Assembly: GCA_938030905.1 (NCBI GenBank)
Contig: CALHIW010000001.1
Location: 1 to 44,811, forward strand
Source of the DNA: Candidatus Methanomethylicia archaeon
Lineage (GTDB): Archaea > Thermoproteota > Methanomethylicia > CALHIW01
Reading direction: 5' to 3'
DNA length: 44,811 bases
Positions 28,194 through 37,320 of this stretch are shown piece after piece (position 1 is the first letter of the stretch; every line of letters starts with the position of its first letter). A model generated the notes under the pieces. The model saw only the letters and a program-made list of their open reading frames with translations, ran no database searches and was not told the origin of the DNA. The translations under genes were made by a program, and so were the position numbers.

Positions 28194-28952
28194 TTAAATA
28201 AGCTCTTCTGGAATACATTTAGGATTGTAGCTGACTCTAGGTTTTAAGCCTGCTTTTCTCAGTCTCTCCATAACGTGTGGATATTCAAAGACATATTCCT
28301 CCTCAAACTCTCTAACTAGTACTTCATCTATTTTTATCAGTTCTCTTTTTAGCTGCTTTATATTTTCCTCATTACTAAAGCTTAACATTACTGCTGGGTG
28401 GCATTTAACACCATAATTCAAAAGGTTTCTTAATGCATTAATCTGATAGTTAAAAGCTTCTGGGTATGCTTCTGTTAGTTTTGTGAATTCCTCTTCTGTA
28501 CATCCCTTTATGGAAACTCTAACATGAATATTTCTAAATCTAGATAGATCTTTAGCATAGGATTCATCATATCCTATAAGTATACCATTAGTTTCAAGAA
28601 TGAAGATATATCTATTATACTGATCGTTTAGCTCCAATACTCTCAATAAATGTTCTCTACCTATTGTCGGTTCATTACCACTAATTCTAATGTATCTATA
28701 ACCTTTCCTACTGGCGATTTGATCTAGCTTTAGGAATACTTCTTCTGGACTATAGAACTTACCTATTTTATCTGGATGGTCTCTAGGAGCTCCACTCCAA
28801 CAGAAAACACATCTAAGATTACATCCAACACAGTCAGCAGCTGCACATCCACCATACCATTTACCACCACGAGCAACACGATAATACTTCCTAAATAAGC
28901 CATTAACAGTTAAGTTCCTTATAGTACTAGACAACTTAATAGGATCATACAA
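28194..28952 (-). CDS. Radical SAM protein of unknown specificity
   Basis: 252-aa ORF with the CxxxCxxC motif CNLRCVFC, preceded by GGCAAADCVG, and a SAM-binding GNEPT motif. Confidence 0.85.
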   Translation of the reverse strand: MYDPIKLSSTIRNLTVNGLFRKYYRVARGGKWYGGCAAADCVGCNLRCVFCWSGAPRDHPDKIGKFYSPEEVFLKLDQIASRKGYRYIRISGNEPTIGREHLLRVLELNDQYNRYIFILETNGILIGYDESYAKDLSRFRNIHVRVSIKGCTEEEFTKLTEAYPEAFNYQINALRNLLNYGVKCHPAVMLSFSNEENIKQLKRELIKIDEVLVREFEEEYVFEYPHVMERLRKAGLKPRVSYNPKCIPEELI

Positions 28953-29121
28953 TCTACAACACCAACCACAATATATCTTGCAATTAAGTCCCTTTATTTC
29001 TTTCGCTTATGTAGCTATTAACTGTTAAAATGCATGGATAGAAGTGTAGAGTCTTATTTTAACATACCCTAATAATTTTATCTTAACTTCAAAATACTAT
29101 ATTTTCCTTCTAACTAAACTA

Positions 29122-30267
29122 CTATTTGAACAATGAAAACACTATAGTAATCAGTATTGTACTTAATACTGCCAGAACTATATATCTGTAAACAGTAGGT
29201 ATATCTGCTTCATAGTGGCTTGCAGATAATATAAGACATGAATGTCCTGGACTAAGCATAACCCCCATATAACCCCCCAGGAATGCCCATAGTAATCCTT
29301 TACCTGAAAGGAAGGGTAGGAGGGGGGGTAAAGCTAAAGCTACATATGTAAACTCTGCACCTGTAGCTAAACCAATTATGAAGGGAATGAGAAATAATGC
29401 AAGCCACCAAATTGGCTCTAGAATATTTGTTAAAGACTCCATTATGCCGCTTTCCCTAATATATTGACTAAATACTATGGATTCTATTACTAGAATAATA
29501 ATTGTCGGGTTTAATGCATATTTAACCGACTTTAAACAGCTTTTTGATGTAGGCTTATAAATGATTAATAGTATGGTTAAAATCATAATCAATGAGAGAA
29601 CCACACTTATCTTTAGGAGGATTACAAGTATGGAGATGAGTATAAATATCCATAAATGTGTTAGGCCTCTTAAATCATGTTTAATATTGTAGCCTCCTTT
29701 AAGTCTAAATGTAACCATCATTATTCCAGATATTACTGAGGCAAGAGCAGAAGGCCAAGTTACGGAAACAATTTCTATTGGTGTTTTATTAAGTATTCCT
29801 GAAGCTAATATTATACCCTGATATAGAGGCCATACAGGAGCCCATATGTGGCGGAACCAATAGTTAATGAAGACTTTTTCCTGAGGCTTTAACTCCATTT
29901 TATCATAGAGCGTCTTTGCCATAACAGCTGATACATAAGCTCCCCCAGGCATAGGAAGTAAACCTATTATTGCAGGTATAGCTATACCTGCAGATCTACA
30001 TCCAAATGTACTTAAACCCTCAACAATCCTATCAGTAACCCCCAGTTCTCCAAGTAAAGATGCAAGAAGCATAGCCAGTATGAGAGCAGATAAAACCTCA
30101 ATCATTGTAGGATTAAACGCCATAATTGTTATCCTAACTATATTTAAGCCTACAGCTACTACACCGTAGAATACTGTTCCAGCTCCTAGAGCAACAGCAA
30201 CATTTACACGTTTAAAAACTAGAATAACCACTACTAATATTGAAATCAACAGCATTACTTCCAACAT
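29122..30267 (-). CDS. Polytopic membrane protein / putative permease (DUF401-like)
   Basis: 381-aa ORF with about 10-11 hydrophobic helices. The family guess is from memory and was not verified. Confidence 0.55.
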   Translation of the reverse strand: MLEVMLLISILVVVILVFKRVNVAVALGAGTVFYGVVAVGLNIVRITIMAFNPTMIEVLSALILAMLLASLLGELGVTDRIVEGLSTFGCRSAGIAIPAIIGLLPMPGGAYVSAVMAKTLYDKMELKPQEKVFINYWFRHIWAPVWPLYQGIILASGILNKTPIEIVSVTWPSALASVISGIMMVTFRLKGGYNIKHDLRGLTHLWIFILISILVILLKISVVLSLIMILTILLIIYKPTSKSCLKSVKYALNPTIIILVIESIVFSQYIRESGIMESLTNILEPIWWLALFLIPFIIGLATGAEFTYVALALPPLLPFLSGKGLLWAFLGGYMGVMLSPGHSCLILSASHYEADIPTVYRYIVLAVLSTILITIVFSLFK

Positions 30268-30685
30268 AGTAGCTTTACCCAGTCCTAACTATATTTAAGC
30301 ATTACCACTAGATATTTCTACATTTTCCACGACTAAAGTTAGCCTCTTCCTAATCTCTACGTTTATAGATGTTCTCTACACTTCATCTACTCCATCATGG
30401 ACTATTTCAACCCTCCTGTTATCTCCCATTTCAACCTTCTAGCATAATTATCTACTTTCCTCTATAAGACTTAAACACCTTCAGCACGAGTCTATTTACT
30501 CTCTATCTTAAGCATCTCTAGACTTCAACATATTTTTCAATGTTATAGAATCTCTCTTATCATTGAGATGTAGTAGATATAAGTCCATAATGAACATATA
30601 TTTTAAATATTTTAATCTAAGCTTTTAGCTTAATATTATCTACTTACCTCTACATCTAATACAATCAAAGTAGCTCATACAAATA

Positions 30686-31903
30686 TTAGCGAATACCAAT
30701 TCTTTTCCCTGTTTTTACAAGTATTGAGCTGATAAGTGCAATTATATTGCTTATTAATAGGAATAAGTACATGAATCTATATGCCTGTACTGAATATATG
30801 CTCCCATGCTTAAAGCTATCTAATATGTATCCTGTTATGGGTTGATATAATGCCGCACCTACAAATGGAAACATATTATAGATTCCACTTATAGTACCAT
30901 AGATTCTTAGTGGATAGCTTTCTCTGATAATTGTAAAGCTGATAGGTATTGCACTAATAGATGCTCCTGTAAATACTGATATTAGGTAAAACTCAAATAT
31001 TGAGAGACTATCTGTTTTTAATGTTAGTAGAGTCCATGAAGTAATGTTTAAAATAGTTGCAGAAACTATAACTTTCTTTCTATCATGTAGGATTCTATCT
31101 GAAATCAATCCGAATAGGGGAGCACATATTAATCCACCAATAGGTGCTAGCATTACAATTCCACTTGCTGATGCCTTATCCAAGCCATAGATCTGCATAA
31201 TATACGGTATACCCCATATACCCTGATAAACCATAGCTGAACTATAGTTAAAAATCATCCAGGAATTAAGTAGGAGGAAGTTTTTATCCTTTATAACATG
31301 TTTTATATCCGTTAAATTCAATAGTGACTTCCCATTACTTCTCCTATTTCTTGCTGGTTTAGCTATAAGCAAACATGTAAGTGTTGGTATAATCATGATA
31401 ATAGCTACTAGTATAAGTGCCATCCTCCATCCAAGAAGTAAAACCATATATGTGAACGGTATGGCTGCAGCTATTGCTCCTAAGTAGCCACTTGAAGCTA
31501 AAACCCCACTTACACTTGCATAATCTCCCTCCCCAATCCATTCTGAAAATAGCTTTAATCCTGAAACCCAATGTGCACCAACACCTATACCGATTAGAGT
31601 TCTCCCTATCATTGCTACATAAATATTGGTAGATAATGCAAATACAACTACTCCTAGAATAGATACTGTAGAGAATAGAAGCATTGTTCTTCCAGGTCCT
31701 ATAGTGTCATTAAGCGTACCTATAGGTATCTGAATGAAGGCGTAGAAGTAAAAGTACATGGAGCTGAGAAGCCCTACAAGTGTAGCTGAAGCGAGAAAGT
31801 CATTTATTAAGTTATCAGCAATAACATTCATATTTACCCTATGAAAATGGCTAAAAAAATAAAGTGAGGCCGGAACAATTACTAATAATATCTTCCTTAC
31901 CAT
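30686..31903 (-). CDS. MFS transporter
   Basis: 405-aa ORF with a 12-helix pattern and a loop 2-3 motif region (GTLNDTIGPGRTM). Confidence 0.8.
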   Translation of the reverse strand: MVRKILLVIVPASLYFFSHFHRVNMNVIADNLINDFLASATLVGLLSSMYFYFYAFIQIPIGTLNDTIGPGRTMLLFSTVSILGVVVFALSTNIYVAMIGRTLIGIGVGAHWVSGLKLFSEWIGEGDYASVSGVLASSGYLGAIAAAIPFTYMVLLLGWRMALILVAIIMIIPTLTCLLIAKPARNRRSNGKSLLNLTDIKHVIKDKNFLLLNSWMIFNYSSAMVYQGIWGIPYIMQIYGLDKASASGIVMLAPIGGLICAPLFGLISDRILHDRKKVIVSATILNITSWTLLTLKTDSLSIFEFYLISVFTGASISAIPISFTIIRESYPLRIYGTISGIYNMFPFVGAALYQPITGYILDSFKHGSIYSVQAYRFMYLFLLISNIIALISSILVKTGKRIGIR

Positions 31904-32154
31904 AATACTGGAACCAGCTTGGTGCTTATTTATACTTTACGTTAAGATTCATGAATACCGTCAAATTACTTTTATCGGCTTACTTCCCGCTACGTTATGT
32001 TTATGTAAAAGCTCCATTAATTAGCTGTAATATGAATTAAGCTACTACTCAACCTCTAAAGTTAATATTTCCTCCAACTCTACTGTAAATTTTATAATGT
32101 TGTTTAAATAAGCTACATACCCCATTTATAAAATCACTAATTTAAAGCCTTTAA

Positions 32155-33813
32155 TTACTGTCTTATGTAAATTAGATTTGCTGGCTTAATTTCTGTTAGC
32201 ATTTCCCCATTATGGTTGTAGAGTATTATGTTGTTTAACCACTCCCTATTGTTTTCTTCTGGGCAGTCTTCTCTATAGTGTGCTCCCCTGCTTTCTGCTC
32301 TTATTAAGGCAGCTTTAGCTACAATTTTCCCTACAATAATGAGATTAATTGTTTCCAGTAGTTCACCCAATTCTTTATATGTTTTCCCCTCACTTGCTAT
32401 GTAGAGATTTTGAATCTGCCTACTTATTCTCTCCAGCTCGCTTACTGCTTTTATAAGCTCGTTTTCTCTTCTAACAACCCCTACATAATCATTCATTATG
32501 TTTTGTACCTCTACCCTAATTAATCTATAGTCTACCCCCTCTTCTCTTTCATAGAAGCTAGAAATCCTATTTATTTCCGCTTCAACTTGCTCCTTAGATA
32601 TTTCTGGTAGGGTTTTAGATATTGCTCTTTTAGCTGCATATGTACCTGCTATTTTTCCAAATACTAAGGCATCAGTTAATGCATTACCTGCAAGTCTATT
32701 CGCACCATGAACTCCAGCTGTAACTTCACCACATGCAAATAGACCATTAAGAGTTGTTTTAGCATATTCATCAATTCTAATACCTCCCATAAAGTGGTGT
32801 GCACCTGGAGCCCATTCGATCGGCTGCCATTTAGGATCTATACCTGCACTTCTACATGCATGTAAGAAGGATTTAAAACGTTCCAGCTCCTTTTCAGGAA
32901 CACCTGATAGATCATTGTAGACACCGCCGTGACGTGTACCCCTCCCCTCCTTTATCTCCTTGTATGTATATATGGCTATTAAGTCACGTGTAACGTTTTC
33001 ACATCTAACTGAATCATATTTCTTCATGTACCGTTCACAGAGAGCATTATAGAATCTACCACCACTACCAATCATTCCATCTGCTGGTGGAGGTAGTCCT
33101 CTAAGTACTGGAGGATACACTATACATGCTCTAAACTGTATAAACTCCATATCGCTTAGCTCAGCTCCTGCTTGATATGCTATAGCATAGCCATCCCCCG
33201 TGATGTCTGGAGGATTAGTTGTAATTGGATATAGCCATCCAGCACCACCAGTAGCTAGTATTGTTGATTTTGCTCTTACAGTTAAAATATCTCCAGTTTT
33301 AAGATTTAATCCTACTGCTCCTACTACCTCTCTACTTCTAGTTAATAGGCGTGTAACCATTACATGATCTATTACCTCAATATTTAGCTCACGCACCCTC
33401 CTAACCAATCCCTCTATCCATCCCCCAGCATATGGTTTGCTGGAAACTATTGCTCGTGGCTGGCTATATCCTCCGAAGGCAAATAACTTATACTTTCCAT
33501 CTTCTCTTTCAAAACACGTTCCAAACTCCTCAAGCTCTTTAGCTACCTCTACTGATTTCTCAATCATTACCTTTACTAAAACCTGATTATTCATAAAACG
33601 CCCTCCAACCACAGTATCTCTTAATTGGCTTTCAAAGCTTTGCAGATCAAAAGCTACTTGCATAGCCCCCATAGCATAGGAACTACATCCAGATGGGAAG
33701 CCACCCTTACACACTATAGTAGCTTTCACATTGTATTTTTGAGCTTCAATAGCTGCTCTAAGACCAGCCCCCCCAGAACCAACTATTAATACATCAGTAT
33801 CAATAACCTCCAA
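32155..33813 (-). CDS. FAD-dependent flavoprotein of the succinate dehydrogenase / fumarate reductase / L-aspartate oxidase family
   Basis: 552-aa ORF with the dinucleotide fold DVLIVGSGGAGLRAAIEA, the HHFMGGI and GANRLAGNAL motifs and C-terminal ESRGAHYREDCP. It has CSSYAMG where SdhA/FrdA carry the RSHT covalent-FAD histidine. Confidence 0.85.
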   Translation of the reverse strand: MEVIDTDVLIVGSGGAGLRAAIEAQKYNVKATIVCKGGFPSGCSSYAMGAMQVAFDLQSFESQLRDTVVGGRFMNNQVLVKVMIEKSVEVAKELEEFGTCFEREDGKYKLFAFGGYSQPRAIVSSKPYAGGWIEGLVRRVRELNIEVIDHVMVTRLLTRSREVVGAVGLNLKTGDILTVRAKSTILATGGAGWLYPITTNPPDITGDGYAIAYQAGAELSDMEFIQFRACIVYPPVLRGLPPPADGMIGSGGRFYNALCERYMKKYDSVRCENVTRDLIAIYTYKEIKEGRGTRHGGVYNDLSGVPEKELERFKSFLHACRSAGIDPKWQPIEWAPGAHHFMGGIRIDEYAKTTLNGLFACGEVTAGVHGANRLAGNALTDALVFGKIAGTYAAKRAISKTLPEISKEQVEAEINRISSFYEREEGVDYRLIRVEVQNIMNDYVGVVRRENELIKAVSELERISRQIQNLYIASEGKTYKELGELLETINLIIVGKIVAKAALIRAESRGAHYREDCPEENNREWLNNIILYNHNGEMLTEIKPANLIYIRQ

Positions 33814-33929
33814 GCACCTTCCCCATATTTAATAACATATTTAATTTCTAAGTTGTACTTAAAGCTTTAAAACTAGTTTTATTTAAGCTTTACTATAAAA
33901 TATTACCTACTACAATCCTCCTAGTAGTT

Positions 33930-34850
33930 ATGGTAGCAATTCCAGAAATGTCTGAAGCAGATGTAATTGTAAGATATCTTTCATGGGCTTTCCTTATCAT
34001 AATATTAAGTTCAGGATGGAATATTATTGGTGGATATGCTGGTCAGTTTTCTCTTGGTCATTCTGTATTTTACGGTATTGGAGCATATGTTTTCGTTATG
34101 TTCTTCCATACCTTTAAAATTCATTGGGCTCTATCAATTCTTATAGCTGGTATATTCTCATCCATTACCTCAATAGTTATAGGTATTCCTACTTTAAGAT
34201 TAAGAGGAGGCTACTTTGCTGTTGGTACTTTAGCTTTATCTGAGGTTATGAGGGTATGGGCAAACAATGCTCCGGAAGTTTTTAAAGGTGGTGTTACAGG
34301 AGTAGCTGTTACACTACCTGAAGGCTGGAGTGCAATTTACTCCTACTATCTAATGCTTAGTTTAACAGTAATAACTATAGTTATTAGTTATTTCGTAAAG
34401 AATTCTACGTTAGGATTGAAGTTAAGAGCAATTAGAGATGATGAAGATGCAGCGGATGGTTTAGGTATCAACGTTTTAACATGTAAAATAATAGCTTTAA
34501 TGCTGAGCTCTCTTATTGTAGGTTTAGCTGGTGCTACTCAAACTACTTTTACTGCATATGTTAGTCCGGATAGTGTATTCGGTACTAAACGCAGTCTAGA
34601 AATGGTGCTTGCATGCCTACTTGGAGGTTTAGGAACAATATATGGTCCTGTAATAGGTGGGGCATTATTTGAACTTCTAGCAAGAATTTTATGGGGTTTC
34701 CCACATTTCCATCTATTAATCTATGGAAGCATAATAGTTATCCTAATTGTTTTTGAACCTAGAGGAGTTATCGGTATATCTGATAGGTTAAAGCACATAT
34801 TAAGATTAAAACGATTTTTGAAGGTGAGTAGTATTGTTGGAGGGAGTTAA
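33930..34850 (+). CDS. livM: Branched-chain amino acid ABC transporter permease (LivM type)
   Basis: 306-aa ORF with the NIIGGYAGQFSLGHSVFYGIGAY signature and a polytopic layout. Confidence 0.85.
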   Translation: MVAIPEMSEADVIVRYLSWAFLIIILSSGWNIIGGYAGQFSLGHSVFYGIGAYVFVMFFHTFKIHWALSILIAGIFSSITSIVIGIPTLRLRGGYFAVGTLALSEVMRVWANNAPEVFKGGVTGVAVTLPEGWSAIYSYYLMLSLTVITIVISYFVKNSTLGLKLRAIRDDEDAADGLGINVLTCKIIALMLSSLIVGLAGATQTTFTAYVSPDSVFGTKRSLEMVLACLLGGLGTIYGPVIGGALFELLARILWGFPHFHLLIYGSIIVILIVFEPRGVIGISDRLKHILRLKRFLKVSSIVGGS

Positions 34851-35562
34851 TATCTCTAAGTTTTTCGGTGGGTTAGCAGCACTTAAGAATGTTAGCTTTT
34901 CACTGAGTAAAGGGGAGATAGTTGGATTAATAGGACCTAATGGTGCAGGTAAAACCACTTTGTTCAACATAATAACCGGCTTTACTACCCCATCTTCAGG
35001 TACCATACTTTTTAAAGGTAAAAAGCTAAATGGTCTTAAACCCCATGAAATATGTAGATTTGGAATTGCTAGAACTTACCAAATTGTTAAGCCTTTCTCC
35101 AACCTAACGGTGTTAGAAAACGTTGCTGTAGGTGTAATTTCCAAAGGGAGGAATAAAATAAGTCTAAGTAAAGCTAAAATTGAAGCTTTAAAAATACTTA
35201 AGCTTGTAGGATTAGAAAATAAAGAATCCCTATTAGCAAGAAATTTAACATTAATGGATAAGAAAATGCTTGAGTTTGCTAGAGCTTTAGCTACTGAGCC
35301 TGAAGTTCTACTCCTAGATGAGGTATGTGCTGGATTAAATCCAACCGAGACTCATAGAGCTATACAACTTATAAATAGTTTACGGGAGCGTGGTATTACA
35401 ATTTTTTGGATTGAACACATTATGAGGGCAATTATGACCGTTGCTGATAGAATTATAGTCTTACATCATGGAGAGAAAATAGCAGAAGGCTCTCCTAGAG
35501 AAATAGCAAATGATGCTAGAGTAATAGATGCTTATCTAGGTGAAAAATATCTACTAGAATAG
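34834..35562 (+). CDS. livG: Branched-chain amino acid ABC transporter ATP-binding protein (LivG type)
   Basis: 242-aa ORF with Walker A GPNGAGKTT, a Q-loop, a degenerate signature region, Walker B LLLDE and a LivG-type C-terminus. It overlaps the end of livM by 17 nt. Confidence 0.9.
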   Translation: MLEGVNISKFFGGLAALKNVSFSLSKGEIVGLIGPNGAGKTTLFNIITGFTTPSSGTILFKGKKLNGLKPHEICRFGIARTYQIVKPFSNLTVLENVAVGVISKGRNKISLSKAKIEALKILKLVGLENKESLLARNLTLMDKKMLEFARALATEPEVLLLDEVCAGLNPTETHRAIQLINSLRERGITIFWIEHIMRAIMTVADRIIVLHHGEKIAEGSPREIANDARVIDAYLGEKYLLE

Positions 35563-35574
35563 CTGGTATCTTAA

Positions 35575-36279
35575 ATGTTGGAGGTTAACTCTATCAACGT
35601 CTTTTACGGGGAGCTTCAAGCTCTCTGGAATGTTACCCTTAAAGTAGGTGAAAAGGAGAAGGTAGCTCTTCTCGGCTCCAATGGAGCTGGTAAAACAACA
35701 ACATTAAGAGCCATCTTAAGAGTACTGCCCATTAAGAGCGGCTCCATAACGTTTTTAGATAAAGAAATTCATAATCTACCCACCCATAGAATCGTTGAGT
35801 TGGGAATAGCTATTGTCCCTGAGGGAAGACGGCTCTTCCCCCACTTAACAGTTCTTGAAAATCTTGAGTTGGGAGCCTATAGCCGTAAAGCCAGAGAAAA
35901 AATAAGGGATACCCTAGAATGGATATATCAGATTTTCCCTATACTTAGGGAAAGGAGGAATCAGATAGCTGGTACATTAAGTGGTGGAGAGCAACAAATG
36001 TTAGCTATAGGTAGAGCCTTAATGTCAAAGCCTAAACTACTTTTAATGGATGAGCCAACACTAGGTCTCGCACCAAAGATAGCTCTATCAGTTTTCGAAA
36101 TAATCAATAAAATAAATAGCGAGGGAGTTACTATATTGCTTGTCGAGCAGAATGTACGTCATACCTTAGAGCTCGTTGATAGAGCATACATTCTTGAAGG
36201 TGGCAAAATCGTAATGGAGGGTGAAAGCAGTCAACTAATAGGTAACGAATACGTGAGAAAATCTTATCTAGGCCTCTAA
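35575..36279 (+). CDS. livF: Branched-chain amino acid ABC transporter ATP-binding protein (LivF type)
   Basis: 234-aa ORF with Walker A GSNGAGKTT, the signature LSGGEQQ and Walker B LLMDEP. Confidence 0.9.
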   Translation: MLEVNSINVFYGELQALWNVTLKVGEKEKVALLGSNGAGKTTTLRAILRVLPIKSGSITFLDKEIHNLPTHRIVELGIAIVPEGRRLFPHLTVLENLELGAYSRKAREKIRDTLEWIYQIFPILRERRNQIAGTLSGGEQQMLAIGRALMSKPKLLLMDEPTLGLAPKIALSVFEIINKINSEGVTILLVEQNVRHTLELVDRAYILEGGKIVMEGESSQLIGNEYVRKSYLGL

Positions 36280-36721
36280 GTAGTTAGCTAATAGTAGTAG
36301 CATAGTAGTAGCTAAGTTAAGTTAGTAATAGCTCACCTTCTATTTTTATGAAGTAATAGTTTACCCCCACCAATTCATTTAAAGCAATTTATCCACTAAT
36401 GCTAAATATCTTAACGTTAATAACATCTACAACCTCTAATACTAGTAAATGCTTAAAGTCTAGTAGTTTAAGGAATGAATTGATACATTAAGCTACTTAG
36501 TTTCAACCCATATAGCTACCTCTTTACCCATTCATCGAAGAGCCTCATGGCTCTAGCCTCTATTTGCCTCTTCAAACTGTGATACGCTACCTTTAATGTG
36601 GAATATTGTTTAAACAATATGACGACTATTCCTAAGAGTGGAATATTAGAATCCACTCAAACATGCCTATCGTGGCGTTTTCATACCATTTTAATATAAA
36701 AAGTTTTCCATAAGAATAAAT

Positions 36722-36877
36722 TTAAGCTTCCACCTCTCCCTCAACTCCAATGGCCTTACTGCGGGCATGCAACATATCCTTCGAAACAATAAGCAAATCA
36801 ACAACTGCTTCGTAGACCTTCCCCCTAATCCTAGCATTCTTAAAAATTAGGAATAATGCAGTAGATTCACCCTTCAA
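36722..36877 (-). CDS. Possible 51-aa ORF downstream of the zinc-finger gene (TTG start)
   Basis: My hand translation is LKGESTALFLIFKNARIRGKVYEAVVDLLIVSKDMLHARSKAIGVEGEVEA. GAGGT lies 3 nt upstream of the TTG. It may instead be the C-terminal remnant of a decayed gene. Confidence 0.2.
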   Translation of the reverse strand: MKGESTALFLIFKNARIRGKVYEAVVDLLIVSKDMLHARSKAIGVEGEVEA

Positions 36878-36895
36878 AATACCTCAATTACGACG

Positions 36896-37078
36896 TCACC
36901 TCTTTTCTATAGAAGGGTTCAAAAACCCTAAAATCCATATCTTCAGCCTTTCTTTTCCCCCCTCTTTCTTCCCAACTCTATGTTTTTCAGCTATATGAGC
37001 CTCAACAACCCTTCTAGAAAGCCCCTTAAAACCACAAACTGAACAACACCAATATCCAGATTCCAAAATTACAGACAC
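36896..37078 (-). CDS. Small C2H2-type zinc-finger protein
   Basis: 60-aa ORF with CSVCGFKGLSRRVVEAHIAEKH (CxxC...HxxxxH) and a basic tail. Confidence 0.5.
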   Translation of the reverse strand: MSVILESGYWCCSVCGFKGLSRRVVEAHIAEKHRVGKKEGGKERLKIWILGFLNPSIEKR

Positions 37079-37197
37079 ACCCCTCCCTAATTAATACCAT
37101 GATATAATATGTATTTCTAATATAAACACATAAACAAACGTAAACTGACGTAAACGCAATATAAACTATATAAATACATTACAATATAAAGACAGTA

Positions 37198-37320
37198 ATG
37201 AGTAAGCTGAATCCCTTTACTCCAGATACGAGTAGCTTTAGGGTTGTAGAGCTAAAGCTTGAAGGTAAAAGCAACAAGGAAATAGCTAAAACCCTAAACA
37301 TAAGCACCACCACTTTTTAA
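37198..37320 (+). pseudogene. Truncated helix-turn-helix gene fragment whose reading frame runs into the terminal CRISPR repeat
   Basis: The translation is MSKLNPFTPDTSSFRVVELKLEGKSNKEIAKTLNISTTTF*. LEGKSNKEIAKTLNIS matches the LuxR/GerE or IS630-type HTH pattern. The frame is cut after helix 2-3, and its stop TAA (37318-37320) lies inside repeat 1. Confidence 0.45.

Noticed and set aside
36281-36335. TAG-rich low-complexity DNA (TAGTTAGCTAATAGTAGTAGCATAGTAGTAGCTAAGTTAAGTTAGTAATAGCT) after livF
   Set aside because: It is an imperfect, short microsatellite-like tract with no clear unit or inverted symmetry. I see no basis for assigning it a function beyond stop-rich spacer DNA.
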